Part shown: positions 7,991 to 16,911 of the stretch, in pieces
How the letters are laid out: every line of letters starts with the position of its first letter
Numbering within the stretch: the stretch's first letter is position 1
From: Chloroflexota bacterium
Lineage (GTDB): Bacteria; Chloroflexota; Dehalococcoidia; UBA2979
DNA length: 62,384 nucleotides
Direction: 5' to 3'
Assembly: GCA_027592645.1 (NCBI GenBank)
Contig: JAQCKI010000002.1
Coordinates: 1-62,384, forward strand
Program-made: the position numbers and the translations under genes
Notes under the pieces: generated by a model
Seen by the model: only the letters and a program-made list of their open reading frames with translations
What the model was told of the DNA's origin: nothing
Databases searched by the model: none

Positions 7991-9205
7991 CTACCGGCGC
8001 ATGATGAGCGCGGAGCCGGTCGCGGGACTGGCCCAGCCGAGGTTCATGGCGATCTCCACGTCCTTCACCTGGCGACAACCACCTTCCGAGTAATCGTAGG
8101 TGTGTTTGCCCTCCGCCCAGCCGGTGCAGAAGTCGTCCGCCTGGTGGCGAAGTTGGCGCACGTTCTCCACGACGTGGCCGATGCCGTGCGTGTAGCCCTC
8201 ACACAGGTGCCCGCCGGCGGTGTTGTTGGGTCGTGCGCCGCCGAGTTCGATGATGCCGCTGGAGACGTAGCCCCCACCTTCACCCTCCGCGCAGAAGCCG
8301 TACGCCTCCAGTTGCAGCATCGTGGTGAAGGTGAACGCGTCGTACGAGCCGGTCACATCCACGTCCTCCGGGCCGACACCGGCCTGCCCGAAGACGATCG
8401 GCGCGCCGTAGTAGCCCGCGACACGCGAGATCGGGCCGCGCGACCAGTGGGAGCCGCCCGGCTGCTCCTTATTCACGCGCCCCGCCACGCCCATGATGTA
8501 GGCCGGTGCCTGGCGGAGGTCACGAGCGTGCTCGGCGCTGGTCACGATGATCGCGACGCCGTTGTCGGTCTCCACGCAGCAGTCCAGCAGGTGCAGCGGC
8601 TTGGTGATCCACCGCGAGTTGACGACGTCCTCGACGGTCATCCGCTGCGGGTAGAGGGCGCGCGGGTTGTTGGAGGCGTGCTTACTGTGCGCCACCTTCA
8701 CGTGCGCCACCTGCTCGCTGGTGGTGCCGTACTCGTACATGTGGCGCATGAAGGAGGGCGCAAACGACTGCGCCGCCGAGTGCATCCCGTGCATCGCCAC
8801 ATCTACCGAGGCGCCCCGGAACACCGGCGCCTGCCGCCCCGTCCCGCCGATGCGTGCCTCCGTGTAGCCGTTCATCGCACGGAAGATGACGACGGTGCGG
8901 CACATGCCCACCTCGATGGCGCCCATCGCGAGGCCGATCAGCGCCTCCGTGCTGGAGCCACCACCGGAGCAGTCCATGTAGAAGTTCAGGCGGATGCCCA
9001 GGTCCCCGGCGATCACGGGCGAGGTGGTCGAGTCGTTCCCGTGGTACGAGAGCATCCCATCGATGTCCCCGGCACCGAGGCCGGCATCGATCATCGCGGC
9101 GCGCACCGCCTCCACGCCCAGCGCACGCGTGGTGCGACCGGAGTTGCGGGAGAACTCGGTCATCCCGATCCCGACGACGGCGTACTGATCCCTCAATCCG
9201 GGCAT
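7991..9205 (-). CDS. Thiolase-like protein (SCP-x / BbsB-type non-acetoacetyl thiolase)
   Basis: ORF 7991..9787 trimmed to the ATG at 9205 (MPGLRDQYAVVGIGMTEFSR). Thiolase-fold motifs present (CSGGGSS, GGHLCEGYTHG). Confidence 0.85.
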   Translation of the reverse strand: MPGLRDQYAVVGIGMTEFSRNSGRTTRALGVEAVRAAMIDAGLGAGDIDGMLSYHGNDSTTSPVIAGDLGIRLNFYMDCSGGGSSTEALIGLAMGAIEVGMCRTVVIFRAMNGYTEARIGGTGRQAPVFRGASVDVAMHGMHSAAQSFAPSFMRHMYEYGTTSEQVAHVKVAHSKHASNNPRALYPQRMTVEDVVNSRWITKPLHLLDCCVETDNGVAIIVTSAEHARDLRQAPAYIMGVAGRVNKEQPGGSHWSRGPISRVAGYYGAPIVFGQAGVGPEDVDVTGSYDAFTFTTMLQLEAYGFCAEGEGGGYVSSGIIELGGARPNNTAGGHLCEGYTHGIGHVVENVRQLRHQADDFCTGWAEGKHTYDYSEGGCRQVKDVEIAMNLGWASPATGSALIMRR

Positions 9206-9338
9206 GGGGCCCTCCTTGCTGAGCGCAGCGCGACGGCAATGTAGCACCGGTGATTGCGCCCGTGATTGACGGCCTTCTCCGGCGCGTGTTAGCAACGTCG
9301 GGCCGGAACACCTCCCGGGATCACCAGGCGAGGGACAC

Positions 9339-10529
9339 GTGGAACAACCGCTGGCCGGAACCCGAATCGTGGAGGTCGGTGGCGCGCTCGCCGCTGCGGC
9401 GGCGACGAAGGCGTTCTCTGACTTCGGTGCGGACGTGATCGCCGTGGAACCGCTCGCGGGCGGCCAGGTGCGGCGGTTGCCGCCCTTCCCGGGCGACCGA
9501 CCGGACATCAACGCTGGCGCGTTCCACCTCTCGACCAACACCGGCAAGCAGTCGATTCCGCTCGACCTCGAATCGCCCTCGGGGCGCGAGGTACTCGGAC
9601 GGCTGCTGCAGGGCGCGGACCTGGCGGTCACGGAACTCTCGCCGGACGCGACGCGGCGCATCCTGCTACTGGCCGAGGCCGCCGGGGTGAGCATCATCAC
9701 GATCACACCGCACGGCCTGACCGGCCCGTACGCCGACCGGAGGGAGACTGACACCTCGATCTTCGCGTGGAGCACGCGGATGCACACGCACTCGCAGCCG
9801 GGGCGCGCGCCGCTGCGTTACGCGCCGCACCTGGCGACGATGCAGGTGGGCAGCACCGCCGCCGCGGCCGGCTTCGCTTCGATCTGGGCGACGCAGCACG
9901 GACAACCGCGCCGCGAGATCGAGATCGCGGGCATCGAGGCGATCTCCGGCAACGTCGATTCGTTCTTCCTCCAGTGGTCGTTCATGGGCGCGGAGGCGCC
10001 TCGCACCGCCGGCCGCTCGAAGGCCGCCTACCCGGCGGGCAACTACCGCTGTAAGGACGGCTGGGTGATGTTCGCCGCGGCCGGGGATCGCTTCTTCGGC
10101 CGGCTGTGCGAAGCGCTCGGCCAGCCCGATCTCCCGAAGGATCCCCGCTTCGCGACGCCACTCGCAAAGGCGGAGCACTTCGATGATTTCATGGCACACC
10201 TCGGGCCGTGGCTGGAGACGCGCACTCGCCACGAGGTGGTCACCGAACTTCAGGCGTTCGGCGTGATGGTCTCCCCCACCCTCACCGCGGCCGAGGTACT
10301 CACGGACGTGCAGGCAACGGCGCGCGGCACCTTCGTCACGTTTGACCAGCCGGGCGTTGGGGCGATCACCATCCCCGGCCCGCCGTTCCGTCTCCGCGGT
10401 GGCGATGACGATGCGTGGCAGGCGCGCCCGGCACCGCGCCTCGGCGAGCACACGGTCGCGCTGCTGGATGGCGCCGGGTACAGCCGCGACGAACAGATCG
10501 CGCTCTTCCGCGCGGGGGTGACGGGATGA
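9339..10529 (+). CDS. Family III CoA-transferase (CaiB/BaiF), A-type member of pair 1
   Basis: GTG start. GTRIVEVGGALAAAAATKAFSDFGADVIAVEP is the N-terminal Rossmann-like signature. C-terminal LGEHT motif. It is followed after 4 nt by a second family III gene. Confidence 0.9.
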   Translation: MEQPLAGTRIVEVGGALAAAAATKAFSDFGADVIAVEPLAGGQVRRLPPFPGDRPDINAGAFHLSTNTGKQSIPLDLESPSGREVLGRLLQGADLAVTELSPDATRRILLLAEAAGVSIITITPHGLTGPYADRRETDTSIFAWSTRMHTHSQPGRAPLRYAPHLATMQVGSTAAAAGFASIWATQHGQPRREIEIAGIEAISGNVDSFFLQWSFMGAEAPRTAGRSKAAYPAGNYRCKDGWVMFAAAGDRFFGRLCEALGQPDLPKDPRFATPLAKAEHFDDFMAHLGPWLETRTRHEVVTELQAFGVMVSPTLTAAEVLTDVQATARGTFVTFDQPGVGAITIPGPPFRLRGGDDDAWQARPAPRLGEHTVALLDGAGYSRDEQIALFRAGVTG

Positions 10530-10533
10530 CGCC

Positions 10534-11826
10534 ATGACCTCGTCGCTGCTGAACGGTCTGCGCGTGCTCGAACTGAGCGAGGTCTGGGCGGGGCCCATGG
10601 CTGGCTCGCTGCTGGGTGACCTCGGCGCCGACGTGATCAAGGTGGAGTCGTACCCGCGCGCCTCGCAGACCCGCGTGCTCGTCGAAGGCGCCACGGTGAA
10701 GCCGGGCGAGGGGGCGCCGTACGAGCGCGGGATGGTCCACCACCTCGCCAACCGCAACAAGCGCAACGTCGCCTTCAACCTCCGCCACAGCGACGCGGCC
10801 GAGCCGTTCCGGCGGCTGGTCCGCTCCGCTGACGTGCTGTACGAGGGCTACTCGGCGGGCACCATCGATGCGATGGGGTGGGGCTGGGAGACGCTCCACG
10901 CGATCAACCCGCGGCTGGTGATGGTCTCGATGCCCGGCTGGGGCGTGCAGGGGCCGTTCCAGGGCTACGTCACGCTCGGCTCCGGACTGGACGCGTACCT
11001 CGGGCACACCTTCGTGCGCGGCTATCCCGGCGACAGCCCGGACGACACCAAGCCCGTTTATCACTCGGACGCCACAGGCGCGTTGGCGCTCGTCGCCGCC
11101 GTCATGACGGGCCTCCGCCGCGTGGAGCAGACCGGCGAGGGCTGCTTCATCGACATGTCGCAGGTGGAGGCGATGGCGTGGCAACTGCCCGGCCTCTACG
11201 CCGACTGGACGATGAACGGCCGCGTCTCCGGCCCGCTCGGCAACACCGATCCTCACGTCGTGCCGCACGATGTCTATCAGGCCGCCGGCGATGACTCGTG
11301 GGTCTTCGTCGCGGCCGAGGACGACCGCCAATGGGCTGGCCTCGCGAGCGCGCTCGGGCACCCGGAGTGGGCGGCTGACGGCCACCCGTGGGCGACCGTC
11401 ACGGGCCGCCTGCGCGCGCGCGATGCCGTGGATACGGCCGTGGCCGCGTTCACTCGCGAGCGAGCGGCCTCGGACGTGGCGGATGCGGTACAGGCGGCCG
11501 GTGCCATTGCGGCGCCGGCGACGCGGCCGGCCGAACTGCCGAGCAGCCCGCAGATGCTGGCGCGCGACTGGTTCCAGATGGTCGTGCACGAATGTGCGGG
11601 CGCGAACATCATGCCCGGCTTCCTCTGGTCGATCGCGCCCGATGCGCCCTCGTGGGATCGCGTGTGCGGCCTCGTCGGCGAACACATGGACGAGGTACTG
11701 GCGGAGGCGGGCTACTCCGCCGCGGAGATCGCGGCGCTGGAGGCGGCGGGCGCCATCGGGCGCGGCTACCCCATGCCCGCCGGAGCGGTGAAGCAACAGG
11801 AGCGCGGCGCAGGAACGCCGCAGTAA
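10534..11826 (+). CDS. Family III CoA-transferase (CaiB/BaiF), B-type member of pair 1
   Basis: Has GLRVLELSEVWAGPMAGSLLGDLGADVIKVES and GEGCFIDMSQVEA (the Asp-containing active-site-type motif). C-terminal VGEHM. Confidence 0.9.
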   Translation: MTSSLLNGLRVLELSEVWAGPMAGSLLGDLGADVIKVESYPRASQTRVLVEGATVKPGEGAPYERGMVHHLANRNKRNVAFNLRHSDAAEPFRRLVRSADVLYEGYSAGTIDAMGWGWETLHAINPRLVMVSMPGWGVQGPFQGYVTLGSGLDAYLGHTFVRGYPGDSPDDTKPVYHSDATGALALVAAVMTGLRRVEQTGEGCFIDMSQVEAMAWQLPGLYADWTMNGRVSGPLGNTDPHVVPHDVYQAAGDDSWVFVAAEDDRQWAGLASALGHPEWAADGHPWATVTGRLRARDAVDTAVAAFTRERAASDVADAVQAAGAIAAPATRPAELPSSPQMLARDWFQMVVHECAGANIMPGFLWSIAPDAPSWDRVCGLVGEHMDEVLAEAGYSAAEIAALEAAGAIGRGYPMPAGAVKQQERGAGTPQ

Positions 11827-11837
11827 GGCAGTAGGCC

Positions 11838-12656
11838 ATGAAGGTTGGCATCAACGACGAACTGGCACTGAACTACGAACTGGACGGCGATCCGGCGGCG
11901 CAGTCGGTCATCGTCCTCACGCACGGCATGGGCTCATCGCTCCGGTCGTGGGACGCGGATGTGCCGCACCTCGCGAAGCGACACGCCGTCCTGCGCTGGG
12001 ACGTCCGCGGCCATGGCGACTCCGACAAGCCGGAGATCCCGTACACACCATCGATGCATGCGAGCGACCTCGCCGGGCTGTTGCGTGCGCTCGGCATCGA
12101 GAAGGCCCATGTGGGCGGCAACTCGATGGGCGGCGCGATCACGCAGCGGTTCGTGCTGGACTACCCGGAGATGGTGCGTTCAGCGTTCCTGCTCTGCACC
12201 TCCAGCCAGGTGGGGGAGCGCCTCGCGGACGCATGGGAGCGCCGCGCCCTGGTCGCAGAGACCGAGGGCACAGCGGAGGCGTTGCGGCAGGCGGACACGT
12301 ACGCCAACTACAACATCCCCGTGCGGGGGCTGCCAGACGAGAAGGCGGAGTTCGGGCGGCAGCAGACGCTGAAGATTCCCGGCCGCGTGTACGCGAGCGT
12401 CGTGCGCGCGATGGCGACCTACCACTGGACGGCGGATCTACCAAAGATCACCGCGCCGGTGCTCATTCTGCAGGGGCTACAGGACACCATGACGCCGCCG
12501 GGCGGCGCGGTGATGATGCATCGCATGATCCGCGGGTCGCAACTGGTGATGATGGACGAGTGCAGTCACGCGATCACCAACGACCAGCCGAAGCAGTGGC
12601 GCATGCACCTGCTCAACTTCCTGGACGGCGTGGAGCACTGGGAAGGGCTGGCCTGA
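11838..12656 (+). CDS. Alpha/beta hydrolase fold protein
   Basis: GNSMGG nucleophile elbow, an HG-type oxyanion region (LTHGMGSS) and a C-terminal His (ECSHAI). Confidence 0.85.
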   Translation: MKVGINDELALNYELDGDPAAQSVIVLTHGMGSSLRSWDADVPHLAKRHAVLRWDVRGHGDSDKPEIPYTPSMHASDLAGLLRALGIEKAHVGGNSMGGAITQRFVLDYPEMVRSAFLLCTSSQVGERLADAWERRALVAETEGTAEALRQADTYANYNIPVRGLPDEKAEFGRQQTLKIPGRVYASVVRAMATYHWTADLPKITAPVLILQGLQDTMTPPGGAVMMHRMIRGSQLVMMDECSHAITNDQPKQWRMHLLNFLDGVEHWEGLA

Positions 12657-12670
12657 CGGCCAGCCCTTCC
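12641..12670. terminator. Perfect 13-bp GC-rich hairpin between convergent genes (putative bidirectional terminator)
   Basis: GGAAGGGCTGGCC-TGAC-GGCCAGCCCTTCC. The loop TGA is the stop codon of 11838..12656. There is no U-tract on either side. Confidence 0.5.
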
Positions 12671-12692
12671 GTGCACACTTCGCGCGCCCTGA

Positions 12693-13622
12693 TCAGGCGC
12701 TGGCGCTCATCGGGCGGTTGCCGTCCGGTGGCGTCAGGCCTTTGAACAGCGTGTTCGGTGCGAGTTCGAATAGCCGGTCGACGTCCCACGGGCCGTCGTT
12801 AAAGATCTCGCGTTCCATCTGCATGTCGCTGTAGAGGCCGATCCGGTAGCCGGAGGCGGCAATCACGCGGCCGGAGACGTTCTCCGCCTCGCCGGAGCAG
12901 AGGTACACCACGATCGGTGCCACGTTCTCCGGGTCACGCTCGCTACCGCCCGCACGCGCGCTCGGTGCGGCGCCGGAACGGGTCGCGTCCTGGTTCGCCA
13001 GGCCTCGGTCCGTCATGCGCGTCGCCGCGCCGGGCGCGATGGCGTTCGAGGTGACGCCGTAGCGCGCGAGTGCGTTCGCACACGACTTCGTGAACCCGAT
13101 GAGGCCGGCCTTCGCCGCCGCGTAGTTCGGCTGCCCGGCGGAGCCGTTGATGCCGGCGGTCGAGGTGAAGTTGATCAGCCGGTAGCCACCTCGGCGGTCG
13201 GACCGCCAGTGGATGGAAGCGAAGTGGGTCGTGTTGTACGTCCCCTTCAGATGGACGCGGATCACGGCGTCCCACTCCTCTTCCGTCATGTTGAAGATCA
13301 TCCGCTCGCGCAGGATGCCGGCGACGTTCACCAGGATGTCCAGGTGACCCCAGGTGTTGATCGCCTGGCGCACCAGGTCTTCCGCCGCGCGGTGGTCGGA
13401 GACGTCCGCGAAGTTCGGCTCCGCGGTACCGCCGGCCTTGCGAATCTCCTCGACGACCTGACTGGCCGGCATGTTGTCGGTGCCCTGGCCTTCCACGGTC
13501 GCGCCGTAGTCGTTGACGATCACCTTCGCGCCCTGCGCCGCCAGCGCGAGCGCGATGCCGCGCCCGATGCCACGACCGCCGCCGGTCACGATCGCCGTCT
13601 TGCCTTCCAGGTGATGAGGCAT
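12693..13622 (-). CDS. Short-chain dehydrogenase/reductase (SDR), 309 aa
   Basis: ORF 12693..14192 trimmed to the ATG at 13622 (MPHHLEGKTAIVTGGGRGIGRG). Has the TGxxxGxG cofactor motif and YAAAKAG (YxxxK). Confidence 0.9.
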   Translation of the reverse strand: MPHHLEGKTAIVTGGGRGIGRGIALALAAQGAKVIVNDYGATVEGQGTDNMPASQVVEEIRKAGGTAEPNFADVSDHRAAEDLVRQAINTWGHLDILVNVAGILRERMIFNMTEEEWDAVIRVHLKGTYNTTHFASIHWRSDRRGGYRLINFTSTAGINGSAGQPNYAAAKAGLIGFTKSCANALARYGVTSNAIAPGAATRMTDRGLANQDATRSGAAPSARAGGSERDPENVAPIVVYLCSGEAENVSGRVIAASGYRIGLYSDMQMEREIFNDGPWDVDRLFELAPNTLFKGLTPPDGNRPMSASA

Positions 13623-13708
13623 CACCCCGCTCCTCTCCCCCGCCGCGCGGCCATCCAGCCGCCCGGGCGCGCGGATGATAACAAACGTTCTGCAAGAGGG
13701 AGCGGTGA

Positions 13709-14992
13709 CTAGGCCGTCTGGATGGCGCCCGTGTCCTTGAGCGCCTCGATCTCCGCCCAGGAGTAGCCGACGCCGAGCAGGATCTCTTCGGTGTGCATGC
13801 CCAGCGGTGGGCCGGAGCCCTGGATCCGGGGCGGGGTGGCACTCATGTGGATCGGCGGCCCCGGCACCCGCATCCGGCCGAGGACGGGCGAATCGATCTC
13901 CTGCAGGTAGCCGTTCGCCCAGTACTGCGGGTGCTCCGACATCCCGGCGTAGTCCAGCACCGGTGCGTGCGGCACGTCGGACAGTTCGAGGCGGTCCAGC
14001 CACTCGGCGACGGGCCGCGCGAGGAAGATACGCTCGAGTTCCTCGGCGAGTTCGTCCTTGTACTTCGCCCGGCCGAAGGGGTCGGCGAAGCGCTCGTCGG
14101 TGCGCATCCACGCGGCATCGAGCGCGTCGCACATGCGCTCCCACATCGCCTGCGTGTTCGCGGCGATGGCGACCTGGCGGCCGTCCGCGCACTCGTAGTT
14201 CGTGTAGGTCGCGGCACGACGGCGCTGGAAGCCGCTCTGCTGGCCGGTGCGCAGGAACTCATAGATCTGCTTCGACTGCATCGCGACCATGCCACCGATG
14301 AGCGACCCATCGATGAACTGGCCGATGCCGTCCCGCTCCCGCACCAGCAGCGCGGAGGCGATACCGTACGCCAGCAGCATGGCGCTGACCTGGTCCGCGA
14401 AACCGCCGATCAGTGCCTGCGGCTCGCCGCCCGGGCCTTCGCCCTGCTCGTACATCACGCCGCTGAGCGCCTGCGCGACGTGGTCGAAGCCGCCGCGGTT
14501 CGCCCACGGGCCGGAGCGGCCCCACGCCGAGGCGGAGGCCATGATGATGTCCGGCTTCAGTTGCCTCAGGTCGTCGTAGCCGAGACCCAACCGCTCCATG
14601 ACGCCGGGACTGAAGTTCTCCACGACCACGTCGCAGGTGGGGACGATTCGGCGCACCGCCGCCAGTGCCTCGGGCACCTTCAGATCGAGTGTGATGCTCT
14701 TCTTGCCGCGGTTGTGACCTTCGAAGTAGGACGAGAATCCGTCCGGGCCCAGTCCGTTCGCACGGCCTGCCTCGCCGCCGGGCGGCTCCACCTTCAGCAC
14801 CTCCGCACCCATGTCGGCGAGGAGCAGCGTGGCGAACGGGCCCTGCTGGTAGCGGGTGAAGTCCAGCACTCGAACGCCGGTCAGCGCGGACGGCAGGACT
14901 GCGCCCCCGTCCGTCGAGGGTGCCTGCCAGCCCGCGCCCAGCGCATCGCGCGGGTCCACGGCTCGAGTCGGGTCGGTGCTCTCGGTGGCCAT
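13709..14992 (-). CDS. Family III CoA-transferase (CaiB/BaiF), unpaired copy
   Basis: Has GVRVLDFTRYQQGPFATLLLADMGAEVLKVEP. GQFIDGSLIG lies at the active-site-type position. C-terminal LGMHT. Confidence 0.9.
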   Translation of the reverse strand: MATESTDPTRAVDPRDALGAGWQAPSTDGGAVLPSALTGVRVLDFTRYQQGPFATLLLADMGAEVLKVEPPGGEAGRANGLGPDGFSSYFEGHNRGKKSITLDLKVPEALAAVRRIVPTCDVVVENFSPGVMERLGLGYDDLRQLKPDIIMASASAWGRSGPWANRGGFDHVAQALSGVMYEQGEGPGGEPQALIGGFADQVSAMLLAYGIASALLVRERDGIGQFIDGSLIGGMVAMQSKQIYEFLRTGQQSGFQRRRAATYTNYECADGRQVAIAANTQAMWERMCDALDAAWMRTDERFADPFGRAKYKDELAEELERIFLARPVAEWLDRLELSDVPHAPVLDYAGMSEHPQYWANGYLQEIDSPVLGRMRVPGPPIHMSATPPRIQGSGPPLGMHTEEILLGVGYSWAEIEALKDTGAIQTA

Positions 14993-15138
14993 CGGTGCCC
15001 CTCCGGCGGGAGTGTACCGGTTCGCCGGTACGCCTGATCCGCCCTGCCCGAGGCGCTATGCTGCGGCCACGAAGTACCAGCGCGGCACGACGTTCCGCGC
15101 TGATGTGCGTGCTGAGGCGCACGGAGGAGGGATCTGCC

Positions 15139-15999
15139 ATGGCGATCGTCGAGACGGAGCGTGACGGCGCGCTGATGGTGATCCGCATGAACCGCCCCGA
15201 CCGCCTCAATGCGCTGGGCGTCGAGATGCGTCGCGCGCTGGCCGAGGCGTGGTGCGAGTTCCGCGACAGCGACGATGCCGAGGTGGCGATCTTCACCGGC
15301 ACCGGTCGCGCGTTCTGCGCCGGCGAGGACATGAAGGAATCGGTAGAGCGCGGCTCCGTCCCGGGCGACACCAGCAGCGCGCCGACCAACCTTCGCGCCG
15401 GCGATGAACGCCCGAGGCTCGTGAACCCGTACGACCAGCGCAGCATCCAGAAGCCGGTCATCGCCGCGATCAACGGCTTCTGCATGGGTGGCGGCTTTGC
15501 GATTGCCGAGCACGCCGATCTGCGCGTCGCCGTCGCCGGTGCCGTCTTCGAGATGTCCGAGGCGAAGCGCTGGCTGCTGGGCGGCTACGCCCACGGCCAC
15601 GCCGGCAACGTCCCTCACACCGTGGCGACAGAGATGGCGTTCGCGTTCCGCTTCACGGCGGAGCGGATGCACCAGGTGGGCTGGCTCAACCGCATCACCG
15701 AGCCGGAGACGCTGATGGACGAGGCGCGGTCGATGGCCGCGCATCTGCTCTCGCTCCCACCGGCCGCGCGGGTGAACACCCTGGTGATGATGCGCGCGCT
15801 GCGCCCGCAGGTGCCGGAAGCGCTGGAGGAACTGGCGGACCGCCTCCGCGGACACGGGGCGCTCAGCGATCTGATGGAGTCCCGCCGCGCCTTCGCGGAG
15901 AAGCGCGCACCGAACTTCAAGGGCTGGGACGACCCCGCCGACCGCTACCGCACGCCCTCGCTCGAGTCGATGCAGCAGGAGCGCGAGGGCAACGCCTGA
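15139..15999 (+). CDS. Enoyl-CoA hydratase/isomerase (crotonase) family protein
   Basis: ORF 14920..15999 trimmed to the ATG at 15139 (MAIVETERDGALMVIRMNRPDRLNAL). Has the FCAGEDM oxyanion-hole motif and INGFCMGGG. Confidence 0.9.
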   Translation: MAIVETERDGALMVIRMNRPDRLNALGVEMRRALAEAWCEFRDSDDAEVAIFTGTGRAFCAGEDMKESVERGSVPGDTSSAPTNLRAGDERPRLVNPYDQRSIQKPVIAAINGFCMGGGFAIAEHADLRVAVAGAVFEMSEAKRWLLGGYAHGHAGNVPHTVATEMAFAFRFTAERMHQVGWLNRITEPETLMDEARSMAAHLLSLPPAARVNTLVMMRALRPQVPEALEELADRLRGHGALSDLMESRRAFAEKRAPNFKGWDDPADRYRTPSLESMQQEREGNA

Positions 16000-16023
16000 G
16001 CGCACCATCCGGGTACTCGAGGG

Positions 16024-16860
16024 CTAGTGCCCGAACTTGTCGGAGTCGGCCGGGGCGCCCGTGCCGCCGTCCAGACCGGTGATCTCGGCCACCTCGGCGG
16101 GCGTGAGTGCGAAGTCGAACACGTCGAGGTTCTCGCGCATCCGCTGCGGGTTGCCGGACTTAGGAATCGTCACGAGGCCGAGTTCCAGGTGCCAGCGCAG
16201 CACGATCTGTGCGGGCGTCTTCCCGTAGCGCTCGGCGAGGCCGGCAATCACCGGCTGCTCCATCAGGCGCTCGTGTCCCTTGCTGATCGGCGCCCATGAC
16301 TCCGTGACGATGCCGTGCGCGGCGTCGTACTCGCGCGTCGCGGCCTGCGTGATGAACGGGTTCAGTTGCACCTGGTTCAGGGCCGGCATCTCGCCGACCT
16401 CGGTGCGCAGCCGCTCCAGGTGCGCCGGCTTGAAGTTGGAGACGCCGATGGCACGCACCAGGCCCGCGTCGCGGAGGCGGATCATGCCGCGCCACGCGTC
16501 CACGTAGCGATCCTGCTCCGGGTTCGGCCAGTGGATCAGCAGCAGGTCGATATACTCGACGCCCAGGCGCTCCGCGCTGCGCTCGAACGCCTCACGCACC
16601 AGATCCTCGCCGTGCCACTCACGGTTGAACTTGGTGGTGACGAACAACTGCTCGCGCGGCACACCGCTGGCGCGCATGCCGCGCCCCACTCCGGCCTCGT
16701 TTTTGTAGTTCTCGGCGGTGTCGAAGAGGCGGTACCCCGCCTCGATGGCGCTGAGCACGGCGCGCTCGGAGTCCGCGTCGTCCATCGGCCACGTGCCGAG
16801 ACCCACGCGAGGGATCTCAAGTCCACCGCGCAGCGTGATCGTGGGAGTGATGTCAGCCAT
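16024..16860 (-). CDS. Aldo/keto reductase (2,5-diketo-D-gluconate reductase-like)
   Basis: 278 aa. Has LGTWPM, GYRLFDTAENYKNE, IDLLLIHWP and IPKSGNPQRMRENL, the classic DkgA-type AKR motifs. Confidence 0.9.
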   Translation of the reverse strand: MADITPTITLRGGLEIPRVGLGTWPMDDADSERAVLSAIEAGYRLFDTAENYKNEAGVGRGMRASGVPREQLFVTTKFNREWHGEDLVREAFERSAERLGVEYIDLLLIHWPNPEQDRYVDAWRGMIRLRDAGLVRAIGVSNFKPAHLERLRTEVGEMPALNQVQLNPFITQAATREYDAAHGIVTESWAPISKGHERLMEQPVIAGLAERYGKTPAQIVLRWHLELGLVTIPKSGNPQRMRENLDVFDFALTPAEVAEITGLDGGTGAPADSDKFGH

Positions 16861-16911
16861 GCGCGCTCCTGTCCGCCAGTCGAGTGTGCCGACGGGAGGA
16901 GCGCGGCCGAC

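Noticed and set aside
7316-9244. 642-aa plus-strand ORF
   Set aside because: It lies antisense to the well-supported DUF35 and thiolase genes. Its Arg/Ala/Gly/His-rich composition has no recognisable motif. This is a typical GC3-driven shadow ORF.
12693-14192. Full 499-aa extent of the ORF containing the SDR
   Set aside because: The N-terminal 190 codons overlap the CoA-transferase gene 13709..14992 in another frame and are Arg/Pro-rich. The SDR begins at the ATG at 13622, directly before the TGxxxGxG motif. Similar N-terminal over-extensions were trimmed for many other ORFs (e.g. 1591, 4968, 7991, 14920, 17836, 32859, 35780, 46721).
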